A stretch of DNA of 64,000 nt, taken from the NCBI RefSeq assembly GCF_006345805.1, contig NC_042997.1:22258001-22322000 (forward strand). The letters are read 5' to 3'. The stretch is from Octopus sinensis. Its lineage: Eukaryota. The position numbers and the translations under genes are program-made. Numbering within the stretch: position 1 is the stretch's first letter; every line of letters begins with the position of its first letter. The notes under the pieces were generated by a model. It made no database searches, had not been told where the DNA came from, and saw nothing but the letters and a program-made list of their open reading frames with translations. Of the stretch, positions 12,600 through 26,740 are shown one piece after another.

Positions 12600-15250
12600 T
12601 TGATGTCTTGAGGAGAAAAGTTTATGAGGAAAGAAATCCAGAATAATGCAAGTCTGTGAAGGATATCCATGGAGTATAAGACATAATAGGGAAAAAATAA
12701 GAGAATAAGAGACAAGTGTGTCTAATGGATTGAAGTAGGACAGTGATGGAGCTTTCAGTGCAGAAGAGCAATGGTGTTATATTTATAGTAGATGAGGTAA
12801 TGATGGAACAGATCATGCAGACTGAAAAGGAAATTTGGTGTTCTGAATGCAAATTTGACAATAACGTGTGTGTTTGTGTGAAGATAGTTGCTATGAGAGA
12901 TCATAAGTTATATAACATAATGTAAGAACTATTAATTATGTTGTTCAAGTACAGAGTCTAGTGTAAGATCTTTTCCTTATATGTTTAGTGAGTTGTCTTC
13001 GTCCTGTTGAAGGAAACTAAGTTATCTTATTCCAATGAGAGTCATCACAGTGCATAACTGTTTGAAATGTCTGTACACTTGTACTTAATATTATAGAGGA
13101 CAGAAAGACAGTAGTATCTGCATATCAGTGAGTGTCATTGGTAGTAACAAGCATGTCAATAGTATAAAGATTCTTGGAGATACAATCCAATATGTAATAG
13201 AATGTGAGTCATAAACACCCTTGGCATCATCATCGTTTAACGTCCGCTTTCCATGCTAGCATGGGTTGGACGATTTGACTGAGGTCTGGCAAACCAGATA
13301 GCTGCACCAGACTCCAATCTGATCTGGCAGAGTTTCTACAGCTGGATGCCCTTCCTAATGTCAACCACTCCTTGAGTGTAGTGGGTGCTTTTACGTGCCA
13401 CCATTACGAGGGCCAGTTAGGTGGTACTGGCAGCAGCCACATTCAAATGGTGCTTTTTATGTGTCACCTGCACAGGAGCCAGTCCAGCGGCACTGGCAAC
13501 AACCTGAATGTAAGGGGAAACTTCCAGTCCAAAAACTGATACAGATGAATGACATGGGTGTGCAATATAATGTGGTGGTTCTTGTACTAGACATAGAGAT
13601 GTTGCAGATGTCAGGGTCAACAAAATTGCTTTCAATAATGTTCTCATAAACAAGCAATCACTGGTGTACAACATCAGAGGGAAAATGTCTGGTAGAATTG
13701 ATTCTATGGAAACACTGCTAGTGGTTGCTGCGAAAGGAAAGAAATACAAGTTAATTAAAGAGGTAATTTTTTTTTTGGTTGTCTTCATCACTGTTTACAT
13801 ACTGGAAGTGGTAATAACAGATCAATAGTGACTGGGGAGAGAGGAGAGAGAGAAAGATTTTCTTTCTTAGGAGTGGAGAACATTATTGCATGCTTCCATT
13901 GACTGGCATAGATCCTTGTAGAGAAAGACTGGAGAGTTTGGTGAAGGCTTATCTCTGATAGACATTGTTTGAGGGTAGTAGAAGTGATACTCTTGGAACT
14001 GACTACCTTGTTTGGTGGAGTGATCAGGGAAATTTTACAAATCAGTTATATTACTGAGGGTTTAACAGAATTGAAGTAGAGTTTGGGATGAGTGTTGTTG
14101 GTGGGGTGGATCAGTTCAGAATTGGAAGTAAAAGTGGTATTTACAGAGCCATTTTATTTGAGAAGTGAGAGATAGGAGGATTTTCCAGTATTGGTAGAGA
14201 CTCTCTTGACAAAAGACCAGAAAACTGGCTGCAATTTGGAATATGATAGAGCTTCAAACATGCGATGCCCAAAAGGATATCTTATTTTCCTGATGGGGGC
14301 CTTGCAAGTACTGAAGCCATGGGTAAATGCCTCTCAATTGGTTGTGGTGATTGATGACTTCCAGGTGTTTTTAGATAGTATTCTTTGTTTATAATGTTCA
14401 GGAGTTATGGGTTTTGATCCTGTAAAGAATTTGAATTGACATACCTAAGAAGATGGTTTCAATTACTGACCTAGCTATCTTAGATGGTTCAGACATGAAA
14501 AAACCCTGTTGCTAAAGAGAGCATAGAATTGATGGAGCTCTCAATAATTAGGTGACTTAAAAAACCACTAGATTCAAGGAGAAGATATTGATTAGGCAGG
14601 AAGCAAGTGATCTGATAGGTACAGAGATTGCTCTGATTCTGTGAAATCTGTGTTTGAAGCAAGAAACAGTTGATGAGGTTTTGGACATTTACTGTGGTAT
14701 CAGTTAGATGTATGAGTAGGTGAGATAATTAATTGATATGTATAGTTTACAAAAGCAATGAATCAGGCCTCTGCACCTGCAGTATTAGTAGTGAAGGTGT
14801 CCAACTGTCAAGAGGCGTTGTGCTGTATTAAAGTAACTGAGAATGATGAACTTACAGATTGGTGATGTGTGATAGATGTCTTTAGTACAATGCAAGAGAT
14901 AGTCAAATAATTGATATTAATCTAAAGTGTGTAGAGAGTAATAGAGACACCAGATGATATTAGAATGAGTGGGAATTGGACTTTGAACTAGAGATATATT
15001 TGTTGCTAATATCTAGGTGTGAAAGGTGAGTGGTTGAAACAGGAGGTTACGTGTGCATAGACACAGCCTTTCAGGGCAACATGGGAATATCAAAGATGAG
15101 TTAAACTTTAAGAAATGTGTCTGAGAAATGTTTGAAATTGGAAATTACATATTAGTAGAAGGAGCAGTATAGTACTAAAGCTGGATCAAAATCCATGGAT
15201 GTCAATGTAGAAGAAGGAGAATTCTTCAGCACATTGACTTGTTCTGTTTG
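12600..15250 (-). mobile_element. Ancient, heavily degraded non-LTR retrotransposon (RT remnants)
   Basis: Minus-strand remnants in RT order: QWKHA (~13890), FHRINST (~13700), PQG-like (~13220), LYTIDM (~13160), YADTTV (~13115); interrupted by a younger insertion at 13226-13510. Boundaries approximate. Confidence 0.55.
13226..13510 (-). mobile_element. RTE-tail retroposon (5'-truncated LINE/SINE)
   Basis: Reverse complement of the LINE 3' end at 4070-4241 (CATCATCGTTTAACGTCCGCTTTCCATGCTAGCATGGG). Confidence 0.9.
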
Positions 15251-15377
15251 ACAAATTCCTACATTATTTAAATTTTAAAATGTTTTGAACTGGAGAACCT
15301 TTCATAAGTCAGTAGTTAAGAGTTAGTAATTATTTTAAAGAGACAGCTGTATACACCATTTTTTTAATGAATTTATG

Positions 15378-15460
<83 letters not shown>

Positions 15461-15569
15461 CATATACATGCAATGTGTAGTGTGTGCTATATGCATATGA
15501 ATATATATATCTACATGTAATGTGTTTGTGTGCATGTGTGTGTATAAATATATACACGCATAAATGCTA

Positions 15570-15817
15570 TTAGGTTGGTGCATAATTATTGTGGCTTTTT
15601 TTCAATAAATTTTATTCAACAAAAACAATAACAACATTTAACAAAAACATCTTTAAATGATTATTCCAACAAGCTGCCAAACAAATGGGAAGCAGTAATT
15701 GAAGTAGATAGTGAATATGCTCCAGAATAATCATTTAGATATGTTTTTATTAAATGTTATTGTTTTTGTTGAATAAAATTTTTTGAAAAAAGCCGCAATA
15801 ATTATGCACCAACCTAA
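15570..15817. mobile_element. Mariner-derived MITE with ~95-bp inverted arms
   Basis: TIR TTAGGTTGGTGCATAATTATTG / CAATAATTATGCACCAACCTAA, TA on the left; centre encodes KLPNKWEAVIEVDSEYAPE*, resembling a mariner transposase C-terminus. Confidence 0.9.
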
Positions 15818-18130
15818 TGCAGTGCTTGGTGAGTGATGAGCTTAGCTAAATGTAAAATACTTCTTAAGCACATTCAACCATGATTATCAAAATCATTGAT
15901 ACTACCAGGCATAACAGAGATCATTGGTTATGCCTGTCATTATACACCATTTGTGAAGATAAAATGATGGTGACAAGGGACTAAATTCTATTGTAGGTGA
16001 TAGTATTGTTTAATTATCACATGTCTCAGTGCCAAACCAATTTTAGGCCATGAGAATGACAACAGTAATAGCATTTCTGGAACTATTTTGAGATTATTTA
16101 AAGTTGCTATATATAAATTCAGTGTTATGTACTGTTTCTACAATATCTAGTTTAAATCAACAGTTCTCCTGGGAGATGAGAAAAAGACATAAAAATAATC
16201 ATTGAATACAATGATCAGAAGCTAACAGATACAAGTATTCCTGTCTAAAATATACACTTATACACTAACTTCAGCTTCAATACATTGATTTAAATGATTC
16301 CTCTGTTCCCTCTTCACTATTTCAATTATTAACTATCTTAATATCTTACTTTCACTGTGACCCCTTCATTTTTGTATTGGTTAATCTATGCACCTGATTT
16401 ATTTAGCAGTTTGAACCCTTTTGAAAGAATTACTATTTTTTTTATTTTTGTTTTTCATCTTTCAGAATTGAAGATTTTTTCCTCTTTTGTTTTCTGTTTA
16501 TTGATTCGATTTCTTTTGTTTTTTGGCTTTTCTGTTTCCTGTTACACCTTAATTTACCTGGAGTTTTCTCTTGAAGTGTTTTGCTTTTGATATGAATGTT
16601 ATCCTAAATAGAAAAAAATCTGTTTTATCCTGATCCATTTTTATTGTTCTTGTTCGTGTCAGAGTTATTTTGCTTTATTTCAAATGTTTCAGTTTCCTTT
16701 TGCATGGCACCAGACAAAATTTTAACCAGTTAGGTATTACCTACTGTAGTGCCTCCCTGTTTGCTGGTGAGTTCTGCTATCTGCTGCAGTGCTCTGTAAT
16801 TGCCAAAGTGCTCACTACCTGTTGGGGTGTCCACAACCTGCTCTAAAATGAAGTATAAACCATTCATTTGTTTTTTCCTTTTTTGTGTTTCTTTTTCATG
16901 ATCCCAATCTGCTGGACTCCAATAGTGGGTGATTACATGGTTGTTTATGGTAATTTTATTGTTCCTTCTTTCTGGAAGCACAAATATTAACTAACCAATA
17001 AAAAGATTGGAATCACATGTAATAATATAAATAATATAAATAATTTAACCAAATAAGATTTGCTTGATTAATTAAATAAATACAACTTAACAGATAGGTA
17101 TCCTTAAAATCTCAGAATAACAATTATCCTAAATGACCAATTATATTGGTTTAAAATTTTAATAATTATGAATTAAGAAAAATATATGCTGCTTAATTAA
17201 TTATGTATAAAAACTTAATTATTTTTTGTTACTCTTAAAATTTGCACACAATTATTCTCACCTTTCTTATTTATAAAATATCTTAATAACTAATGCTCTA
17301 ATCCCTAAATATCTTATGTACATCCATAAACTAAATTCTTCTATATTTTAACAATTCCTCAAATCACAAAAAAAATGTTAAATAAACAAATAAGGATAAT
17401 AATTTCAAATTATCAAATAATAAATGACCAGCATTTAAACTTTAAAAAAGTCTAATTATTTGATAAAGTTCAACAAAATATTTTGTGATTCTGTCTAAAG
17501 GCGAAGCCAAAACAAAAAAAATATTTTCAATTTAATTTTTTATGCTAACTTATTTGATGCTTTGATCTCTTTTTTTAACAGACCAAGATGTTTTTTTCTT
17601 AGAAATATTTGACTAAATGTTTCAGATTAAATGTCATTTAAATATCAAATAAAATTTCCCTAACTATTTAGTAAAAAATTAGAATGAAATTAAAAAGAAA
17701 TATTTTATGAAAAAAAAATGCTGATGCAAAAAAGTTAGTAATAATTTCTTTAGTTTATATATTAGCTAAATAGGAAAAGATAATGGGTGAAACTGATGGG
17801 GAAATATATAATTTTCTTTCACAATTCATTTAGCCTGACTGATTATTGACCACTTTGAGCAAGATATTGAAGGTTAATCAGTAAAACTTCAATAACACTG
17901 ACTACCTATATTGGTGAAGCCTTACACTTTGATTCATTAGTTGTCAGTCAAATGTAGTTAAATTACTGGATTCTAGGATCAAAAAGAATTAAAAAATTTT
18001 TTTCACACTATACTACTTTTCATTTCATCCATAACACAGTTAAAAGCCATTTTCCATTTGGTGATAAATGGCCAATGTAAATTGAAACCTGTGCTTGTTG
18101 AAGTGATACTGTACACTATTTCTATAATTG

Positions 18131-18169
<39 letters not shown>

Positions 18170-18959
18170 CCTCACTCTCTTTATCTCTCTCTCTCTCTTA
18201 AAGTATATATCCTCTTTCCCAGCTCTCTGTCTCTCACTGCGTTTCTCTGTCTTTTCCAGCGTTAGAAACCAGAAAAGTGCATTCCATTAAATCACAGTGG
18301 TACACTTCATTGTTTATATGAATAATTACCGTCTTCATTAGATTCACCATCCCACACCCTGTGCACAATTTGTTTCGTGTTTAAATGGGATTATTAATGT
18401 CTAAATACTTCATATTTAGCACTTTTTTCTGACCCCTATTTCTCTTTCTCTCTGTCTATCTGTCTCTCTCTCTTTCCAAGATTACTGAGAAGGCAACATT
18501 TGAAACATGTGCATGCACACACACACATAAAGTAAAGAGAAATTACATAGCCAAAACAGTCTTTTTTTTTAGTTCCTGACAAGGAATGAATGTCTGACTG
18601 TGAGCAGGTCAAAATAAGTTCACTTCTTTTGTTTACGATTGGAGCAAGGAAAAATCATGTGAATTTTCTCGGCAAGACTGAGTTTGCAAAACTTCAACCC
18701 AGTCTTCAATATTTTATGTTTTATCACATAGGATAAGTACAATTATAAGTAGATATATCTAAAGACCATAATTAAGTCTCCCAACTGAATAATAATTATA
18801 ATAAGAATGATTTGTTTTTTCTTTTATCATTTATAGTCAAGACACAGTTGTGGTTGTGTGATAAGAAGTTTGCTTCCCAACCATATGCTTCTAGTCTTGT
18901 GAGTGGATGGAAACTGACATAAACCTGTTGCATATATATATATATATATATATATAAAT

Positions 18960-19160
18960 GCACCCTTTTAAAGCCTAGCCAGGCTCATGGGCCTGGTTTC
19001 CCAGTTTCAATGGCGTATGTGTTCCCCAGGTGGATGGGACGCCAGTCCATTGCAGCGTTACTCACTTTTGCCTGCTGAATGGACTGGAGCAACATGAAAT
19101 AAAGTGTTTTCCTCAACAACACAATGTGTCGCCCAGTCCAGGAATCGAAACCACAATCTG
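18960..19160 (-). mobile_element. SINE fragment
   Basis: Minus-strand B box GGTTTCGATTCC and a tail shared with the SINE at 58587-58885. Confidence 0.7.
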
Positions 19161-20400
19161 GCCTGGGTCTAAATATCAACAAAACAATCTCCTTTATTTT
19201 TCCTTCCACCTGTCCCTTCTCATTTCTTTCTATTTTCACTACAAGCTAATTCAAATTATGTATCTAATTAGATTGAAAGAAAAGTAATTCCTAAATATAA
19301 CCGTCACCATAAAATCCTAGGTTGAGTAGTTACCTAAATATAGTATTGTTTAAAACTTTTTTTTTCTTCAAATAAATAATGTCATACAGGATTTTTACAT
19401 ATTTCCAGAAATTCTGTATTGTTTTCTTTTTTTTACTCATTTCTTTTTTAATCTTACTGTGATTCCAAGTTATTAACCCAAGCTTCATTGTCATTGCTGT
19501 TAATATTCATATGGTGCCTCGCAAAATGTTAAAATTGTCTTGATTCTACTATTTTTATTTTATTCTTCTTCTTTTTTTTGTGAATGTTATCCCTGCTTTT
19601 TGCAAATTGATTTTTTTCTCATAATTGGCTTAATACTTGCACATGTCCATCACATGTATCCCAACTCAAATACAAGCGCGAGCAAATGCACACACGAACA
19701 CACATATCTTACGCACGCACACACACACACACACATCACACACAAACATATATATACACCCCCATATGGCTCACTCGCTAGCTTTTTCATTTTTCTCTTT
19801 ATTATTCATTCTCCTTCAGTGTATTGAATCTAAACCAATAAATAACTTCTTTATATATTTTTATACACATGCACACATTTGTATTCTTTTACTAAAATGG
19901 TAAACTAGCAGAATAATTAGCATACTGGATGAAATGCTTAATGGCATTTCTTTCAGCTTTATGATCTGAATTCAAATGACACTAAGGTTGGCCTCTCCTT
20001 TCATTCTTTTGGAGAGTCGATAAATTAAAGTACCAGTTGTGAACTGGGGTCAATGTAATCAGTTTATCCTCGCTCTAGCACTAAAATTGGAATCCATTAC
20101 ATATTCTTTTATTGGTTTCTCTTTGGACTGCAACCACACTGTGGTATTGTTGATGATATCAACACTGCCAGTATTTTGGTTCTTGTTCAATTGATCTTAC
20201 ATAAGACAGAAACCAAGTTAACCTGACCATAAAAGTATATATCTCAGATGTAACTTAACTAATACAAACATACTCATCTGATAAACTTTCACACAGTTTT
20301 CATGTTCTGCCTTAAGGCCAGGAAGAAGATATTTACCAAGATTGGACATAGTGAGATTGAACTCAGTTTCTTGTGGGCAGGAGTAAAGCAAAATTCTTAA

Positions 20401-20617
20401 CCCTTTCATTAGCCCGGCTGAAACCGGCTCTGACTCTGAGTATAAATGTCTTGTTTTCATAAGTTCTGAATTTAAATCGTCCACCAAACCTTAGTCACAA
20501 TTTATGTTCCTTACACTAGCTTAATGATAACCAAGTTATTTTACTAAATTCTTTGTTATATTTAAAGTAATTGAAAGAAACACAAAGCTTCTCAAAATAA
20601 ATACAGTAATGAAAGGG
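20401..20617. mobile_element. piggyBac-type MITE
   Basis: TTAA|CCCTTTCATTA ... TAATGAAAGGG|TTAA; inserted in an older SINE remnant. Confidence 0.85.
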
Positions 20618-21064
20618 TTAAACACATAGAGATGTCTATGGTTATTAATTCTTTATACCACAAGATTCCGTACACATTTTATCAATCAAATTCCACTTAC
20701 AAGGTCAACCTGGAGCTCTGGTAGACCACACTTATGCAAAGTGTTATGCAGGACTTCCAAACCTGGACTTATGTGGTTGCAAAACAAAGTTGGCAACCAC
20801 ATAACCATGTCTTTGCCAATGTTTCAAAGCCTTAGTGTATGATACTAAATAGCAATATGATACTGACTTTCTACCCTCTGTATCATGATTTCAAGTGTTG
20901 CTGAATTTGACATTGCTATTCATCTTTCCAGAATCAATGAAGTAGGTACCAGTAATATACTAGAGTTAATTCAATGCTCTACATCATACATCTCTAAGGA
21001 AAAGAATTTTGTTCATATACCTCATTCAAAGGAAGCAGTAATAATTATAAGGGAAGTTAGGGAG

Positions 21065-21200
21065 TCATCATCATTAGTAGCAGCAGCAGCAGCTTCTTCA
21101 TTATTAGCAGCAGCAGCAGCAGCAACAATGTCTTCATCATCATCATCATCCTCATCATCATCATCATCATCATCACCAGCAACATCTTCATTATCATCAT
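21065..21200. repeat. Compound (GCA)n/(TCA)n microsatellite at the tail of a decayed RTE-tail retroposon
   Basis: Trinucleotide runs followed by TTTCCATGCTGGTATGGGTTGGA. Confidence 0.8.
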
Positions 21201-24200
21201 ATGTGTGTTTTCCATGCTGGTATGGGTTGGATAGTTTGAAAGGATCCAGTGGGCCAGAGGTCTATCTCATCAAATTCAAATTAGATTACCATCCTTATTA
21301 ATTCCATTTTGAATCAATTTATTAAAAACTGAAAACAAAATTTTACATTAAAAAATTTAAACATTGACTCACCTACTTCTATAATTTTCCTCATCCTTTT
21401 GCAATTTAATCATTGAAATTTTGTTTTAAACATTTTGCACTATTGCTCTGCCTAAGATTTTTTTACACTACGTGCATAAGTACATGGCAAGCTGGATGAC
21501 TATGTGTCTGTTCCTGTTTGTTGCCTCTCTGTGTGTGCATGTGTGTGTGTATGTGTGTGTGCATGTGTGTGTGTGTGTGTATGTGTGTGTGCATCTATGT
21601 GTGTGTATGTGTGCATGCACGTGTATGTGTGTATTTGTGTATGAGAAATAATGAGCTTTCTGTGAAATTAATTCTTAATTCCTTGAAATTATCTCCCCTT
21701 TTCTTTGATCATCACTAACAGTTGCCACAAGGTTTTTGTTTTCACTTTCCAACTAAGAAACAAATTTCATTTCATTGAAATTTTTTTTCTTGCATGTCAT
21801 TTAGTCCATCTCCATCTATTTACCTGTTATTCATGCAGTTTCGCAAATATATTTCAAAAAAGTTTGCAAAATAATTATTGTCAATATTAACTTCCTATTA
21901 TTTATATTTTTATGAGAACTAAATCTTGCAAAATTGGGTTTCCTCTTTGATTTTCAGGAATGCTTATTGCATATATTTGATTAATTTGTGTATGGAGTGT
22001 GAAGAAGTAGAATTCCTTCATGACACAGATGTGTTCATTGACACCTGATCTTGTCTTGATTTAGTTCTCATCTAAACAATTTCTTGTCCTTTGAATGCAT
22101 ACCCTGCTCTGTTGCATGTTTGTGATGGGAATAGTGATAATTTTTTATTGATATTTTGTTAATATTGGTGATGGTATGTACGTACTGTATAGTAACATGT
22201 GATCATTTCAAGTAGTCTATTTTTACCTTATTGTTATGGTATCATGCTGATGCAAAGAAGAATAGTTTCAGCAATATTGTGTTTATTTGTATCTGCATCA
22301 TAATGTTTGCTAACTTTCTTCTTGCTTTTGTGTGAATATTCTTCAAATAGGGTAGGTATATAATATGAAATTTCTAAATATCTATGTATTTGAAACATTT
22401 GTTTAAATTATCTCATGAGCTACCTGACCAGTTATTGAAGTCATCTCTAGGGAAAACTATTTTTGTTGTCTTTTAGCAGAAGCTAGGAATGAATATACTT
22501 TTTATCTCCCCAATCAGTTTAACAATTGATTCCATTAAATGAATGGTAATTATTTCCTTGTCCATTGAGAAACAAACTCAAAGCCATTTCATTTAGAATT
22601 AAGATACAGGAATATTCCTGATAATGTTGGACTATCATCAACTACCATATGTTGATTCACAAATTTTGTTGTTTTAATACTGATTCCATATTTAATCCGC
22701 TACCAACAGTACATCTCTTTATTGGTTGGTAAGTATAATTCAAAGAACAAATACCAGAATGGCAAAAAAGTGTGAGTAAAATTTCCTAAGAATCTTCATG
22801 GAAAATTTTACTGAGAGATCTACTTGTTGATAAAGAATTTAACGTTTGTAGAAAAGATAATAAACAATTGTTAAATAGCTTTCAAGCCGTCATACAAGAA
22901 GAATTTTTTTTCAAAATCATTTTTGTTTGCTTTTCTTGTATTTTTACTTCGATAAAAAAATAACTTTTTGATGTAAATTGGAAGGTAATGAAAGACACTT
23001 AATATTACAGAATTGGAGAAAAATACATTTATCCAACATTTTTACATTTACAAATTCTAATCATGAACAGAAAAATTTCTGGAAGAAGTAAATATTGAAT
23101 ATATTTTTTCCAACTGTCAGTGTTAAGTGGTTTCTGTTGCATTCATATGTCTGTAATTAAAGGAGAATGCTCTAAGTAAACTACAAGGTAATAATTTTGT
23201 GAATTTACCCAATAATTATCCTTAATTACCATTTGTATTTACTGCATTGTTAGAATGGATCAATTTGTTCTTATTTTTGTCTTGACAGATTCAAACATAT
23301 AGCAAAGTCTTTTTCGCTGTTTCAGCTTTTATTTTTGGAAATCGTTTCTAGGCAATTATTTTAGCATATATCCTTGTTAAATTTCAATTGCAAAATGTTA
23401 ATTTTCTAGTTATGAGAAACTGTTGAACACTACAGAATCATTTTTATAAAAAAAAGTTGGGGTATCAAAACTGTTTACAGGTCATACCTTGCACACAATA
23501 TTTGATACTTACAGACAAATTTCTTCATCTTCAGGTTTCCTAAAAATTATTATATTTCCCATAAATGTCATGAATAAAGCATGAAGTTTATGGTTTTGTT
23601 TATAAATTAGATATGTAAATATCTGGTGTAATATTCTTGTTTAGAAATAAATTAGTGTAATGATCATGGCCATGTCATATTCTTTTAAGCATGAGACTCA
23701 ATTCACTTGCTTGGATAAGAGTTGGAATTATTAATTTAACCAGACATATAGGTCTGCCAGACTCTTGCCAAAAGTTGAAAGTATTAAGGGATTCTATTTC
23801 ATCATTGCTTTAGAACTTCTTCCATTTTGCTCTCTTTATCCTTGTATGTGTTTATGCAATTCCTAAAATACATATTTTACTGGGAAAAGTTCGTTGAAAT
23901 TATCAATCTATGAACAAACATACATATTCAATTATCATGGAGTACTTAACTTATATATGAGATCTGTTCTGAAAAACCATTATTGAAATTAAATTTTGTG
24001 TGAGAGTGAAAGACTTAGCAGGAATGTGAGTTGATTTAATAATTTAATATTGCAATTTTGATTTCTATCATAAAATATTTTATTGTGCAATCAAGCTATA
24101 AATAAAAATGGCCAGTAAAATCTAAAAAGAAAAGCCATATTCAATACAGAGACTGAAGAATTATTCATTTTCAATATATTTGTTTATTGCAAAACACCAC

Positions 24201-24435
24201 AAATATCACAACTAAATGTCAAGGCTATACATCGTCATAGAACTCAAATCAAGCATAGACATGTGTATTTATCATAATAATAAACAACTTGGTTTCAGGC
24301 TATTTGTTATGTATGTAGCTTGAAGGTAACAATATGGATTTAATTTTGAAATAACTCAAAGAAAACATCCCATATGGGCTCATTAATGTTTACTGCAAAT
24401 GAGATTTCAATTGTTGCAGGGAAGGGCATAACTAC

Positions 24436-24466
<31 letters not shown>

Positions 24467-24751
24467 AGTAGCAATGATAATGATAATAATTCCTAAATAC
24501 TCAATATATTGTGTAAAATATTTTTATTATTTATAATATAAATAAATATGACTACTGCTCCGATAGAGGCTTCAACAAAGGAATGTAATTTTGTGTGAAA
24601 AGTTCTCTCAAATGGCATTTGTATTTTAGGGGTTCTGCATTTGTGATAGTGTATTGTTAATATCCAGTCAGGTAGGTACCTGATGAAATGTCAGATAAGG
24701 ATATTAGATAGGCTTATACACACATGCATACATATACATATATACATGCAT

Positions 24752-24782
<31 letters not shown>

Positions 24783-24786
24783 CAAG

Positions 24787-25052
24787 TGGAGGTGCAATGG
24801 CCCAGTGGTTAGTGCAGCGGACTCGCGGTTGTAGGATCACAGTTTCGATTCCCAGACCGGGCATTGTGAGGGTTTATTGAGCGAAAATACCTAAAGCTCC
24901 ACGAGACCTCCGGGAGAGGGTGGTAGCTATCCCTGCTGTACTCTTTCGACACAAATTTCTCTCACTCTTTCTTCTGTTGGCCTGCTTGCTTAGCCAGCGG
25001 GGTGGCGTCATTTGAAGGCTAAAACAATGCGGACGTTAAATGATGATGATAA
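24787..25052 (+). mobile_element. tRNA-derived SINE (type B head) ending in RTE (GAT)n tail
   Basis: A box TGGCCCAGTGG, B box GTTTCGATTCC; head shared with 31518 and 58587. Confidence 0.85.
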
Positions 25053-25065
25053 TGATACATGAGTC

Positions 25066-26025
25066 CAACTCATGCCACATGACCATACCAGCGCAAACGT
25101 CTCTCTTGCATACCACAACTGATGCTTCTTAGGTCCAACTTTTCTCTCAAGGTACTTACACTCTGTCGAGTATGAACACTGACATTAAACATCCATCGGA
25201 GCATACTAGCTTCATTTCTTGTGATCTTACGCATTTCCTCAGCAGTTATGGCCCCTGTTTCACTGCCATGTAGCATGGCTGTTCGTACACATGTGTCATA
25301 CAGTCTGCCTTTTACTCTGAGCGAGAGGCCTTTTGTCACCAGCAGAGGTAAGAGCTCTCTGAACTTTGCCCAAGCTATTCTTACTCTAGCAGTTACACTT
25401 TCAGCACACCCGCCCCCGCTACTGACTTGGTCACCTAGGTAACAGAAGCTATCAACTATTTCTAGTTTTTTCTTCCTGGAATGTGGCAGAAGTTGGTCTC
25501 AGAGCATTTTCAGTGTTTATTGCTCCTGAGCATCTGCCACATACAAAAACTATCTTCCTAGTTAGCCTTCCTTTGACATTGCTGCACCTCTTATGTGTCC
25601 ATAGCTTGCACTTGGTGCATCTTATAGAGTTTCTACCTACGCCTTTTCTACAGATCGAGCTGGGCCATCTACCTGAAGGCGTTTCTGATTTGTCTACCTT
25701 CCTACTTATTAGGACTTTGGTTTTAGCTAGATTTACTCTAAGGCCCTTCGATTCTAATCCTTGCTTCCACACCTGAAACTTCTCCTCCAGTTCTGATAGT
25801 GACTCAGCAATTGGAGCAAGGTCATCAGCATAGAGGAGCTCCCGGGGGCATCCTGTTTTGAATTCCTCCGTTATTGCCTGGAGGACTATGATAAATAGGA
25901 GGGGGTTGAGGACTGAGCCTTGGTGGATCCCTGCCTCTACCCGGAATTCTTCACTGTACTCGTTGCCAACCCTCACCTTACTAGCGACGTCCCTGTACAT
26001 GGCTCACACAGCTCTCACTAACCAA
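25066..26025 (-). mobile_element. Internal fragment of the same RTE LINE family (RT + PHD-type finger), antisense
   Basis: ORFs 25452-26000 and 25070-25339 are collinear with 2345-3290 (GIHQGSVLNPLLF, LLYADD, RLRWYGHV). Confidence 0.95.
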
Positions 26026-26364
26026 TATATATATATATGCATATATATATATATTATCTATTGCATCTCTTGCTCTCTCTGCAATTCCTTGTACATCGGA
26101 CAAACGGGACGCCGCTTGGCTGACCGGTTCGCGGAACACCTTCGTGACATCCACCTTGCGAACGACACACCGGTCTCACGCCATTTCCGCTCTACCGGTC
26201 ACTCCTTGCAACACCTATCTGTGTTCGGTTTGTCCTTACACAGAGGCCATCCGGATTCCCGTTTGCGCCGTGAACAGGAATTAATCTTCTCTCTTCTCCC
26301 CCTCCCCCTCTTCTCCTCGCTACACCACACGACTTTACACATCACATCATATATGATGTGCCAT

Positions 26365-26740
26365 ACTAATACATACACCAACTAATACATACTAATACGT
26401 ACTAATACATACTAATACATACTAATACATACACCAACCCTATACATACATACGTCCAAACCCCTCATACGCACTTATACTCTCTCATACACACACACAC
26501 ACACACACTTATACATACTAATACGTACTAATACATACTAATACATACACCAACCCCATACATACGCACGTCCAGACCAATCCTACGCACTAATACTCTC
26601 TCATACACACACACACACACACCCTTATACATACTAATACATACACCAACCCTATACATACACACGTCCAGACCCCTCCTACGCACTATTAGCTGGTCCT
26701 TCAACCCTATTATCAACCCTATTATCAACCCTATTATCTC
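26365..26740. repeat. Compound minisatellite (~100-115-bp units with TACTAATACA and (CA)n) plus 12-bp ATTATCAACCCT repeats
   Basis: ACTAATACATACACCAACCC recurs near 26420, 26537, 26633. Confidence 0.8.

Noticed and set aside
15330-15583. YI/CV/HT-rich ORFs here and at 21518, 32038, 36167, 62077
   Set aside because: Translations of TA, TG, CATA and ATT microsatellites.
20885-21301. 138-aa poly-Ala/poly-Ser ORF
   Set aside because: Made of trinucleotide repeats and a retroposon tail.
24680-24700. CTGATGA motif
   Set aside because: No stem II or GAAA follows.
24787-24860. tRNA-like sequences here and at 31518, 39891, 58587
   Set aside because: SINE heads with A/B boxes continuing into SINE bodies; no complete cloverleaf.
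25858-26385. 175-aa ORF as a novel fusion protein
   Set aside because: Accidental read-through of antisense RTE, (TA)n and a Penelope GIY-YIG fragment.
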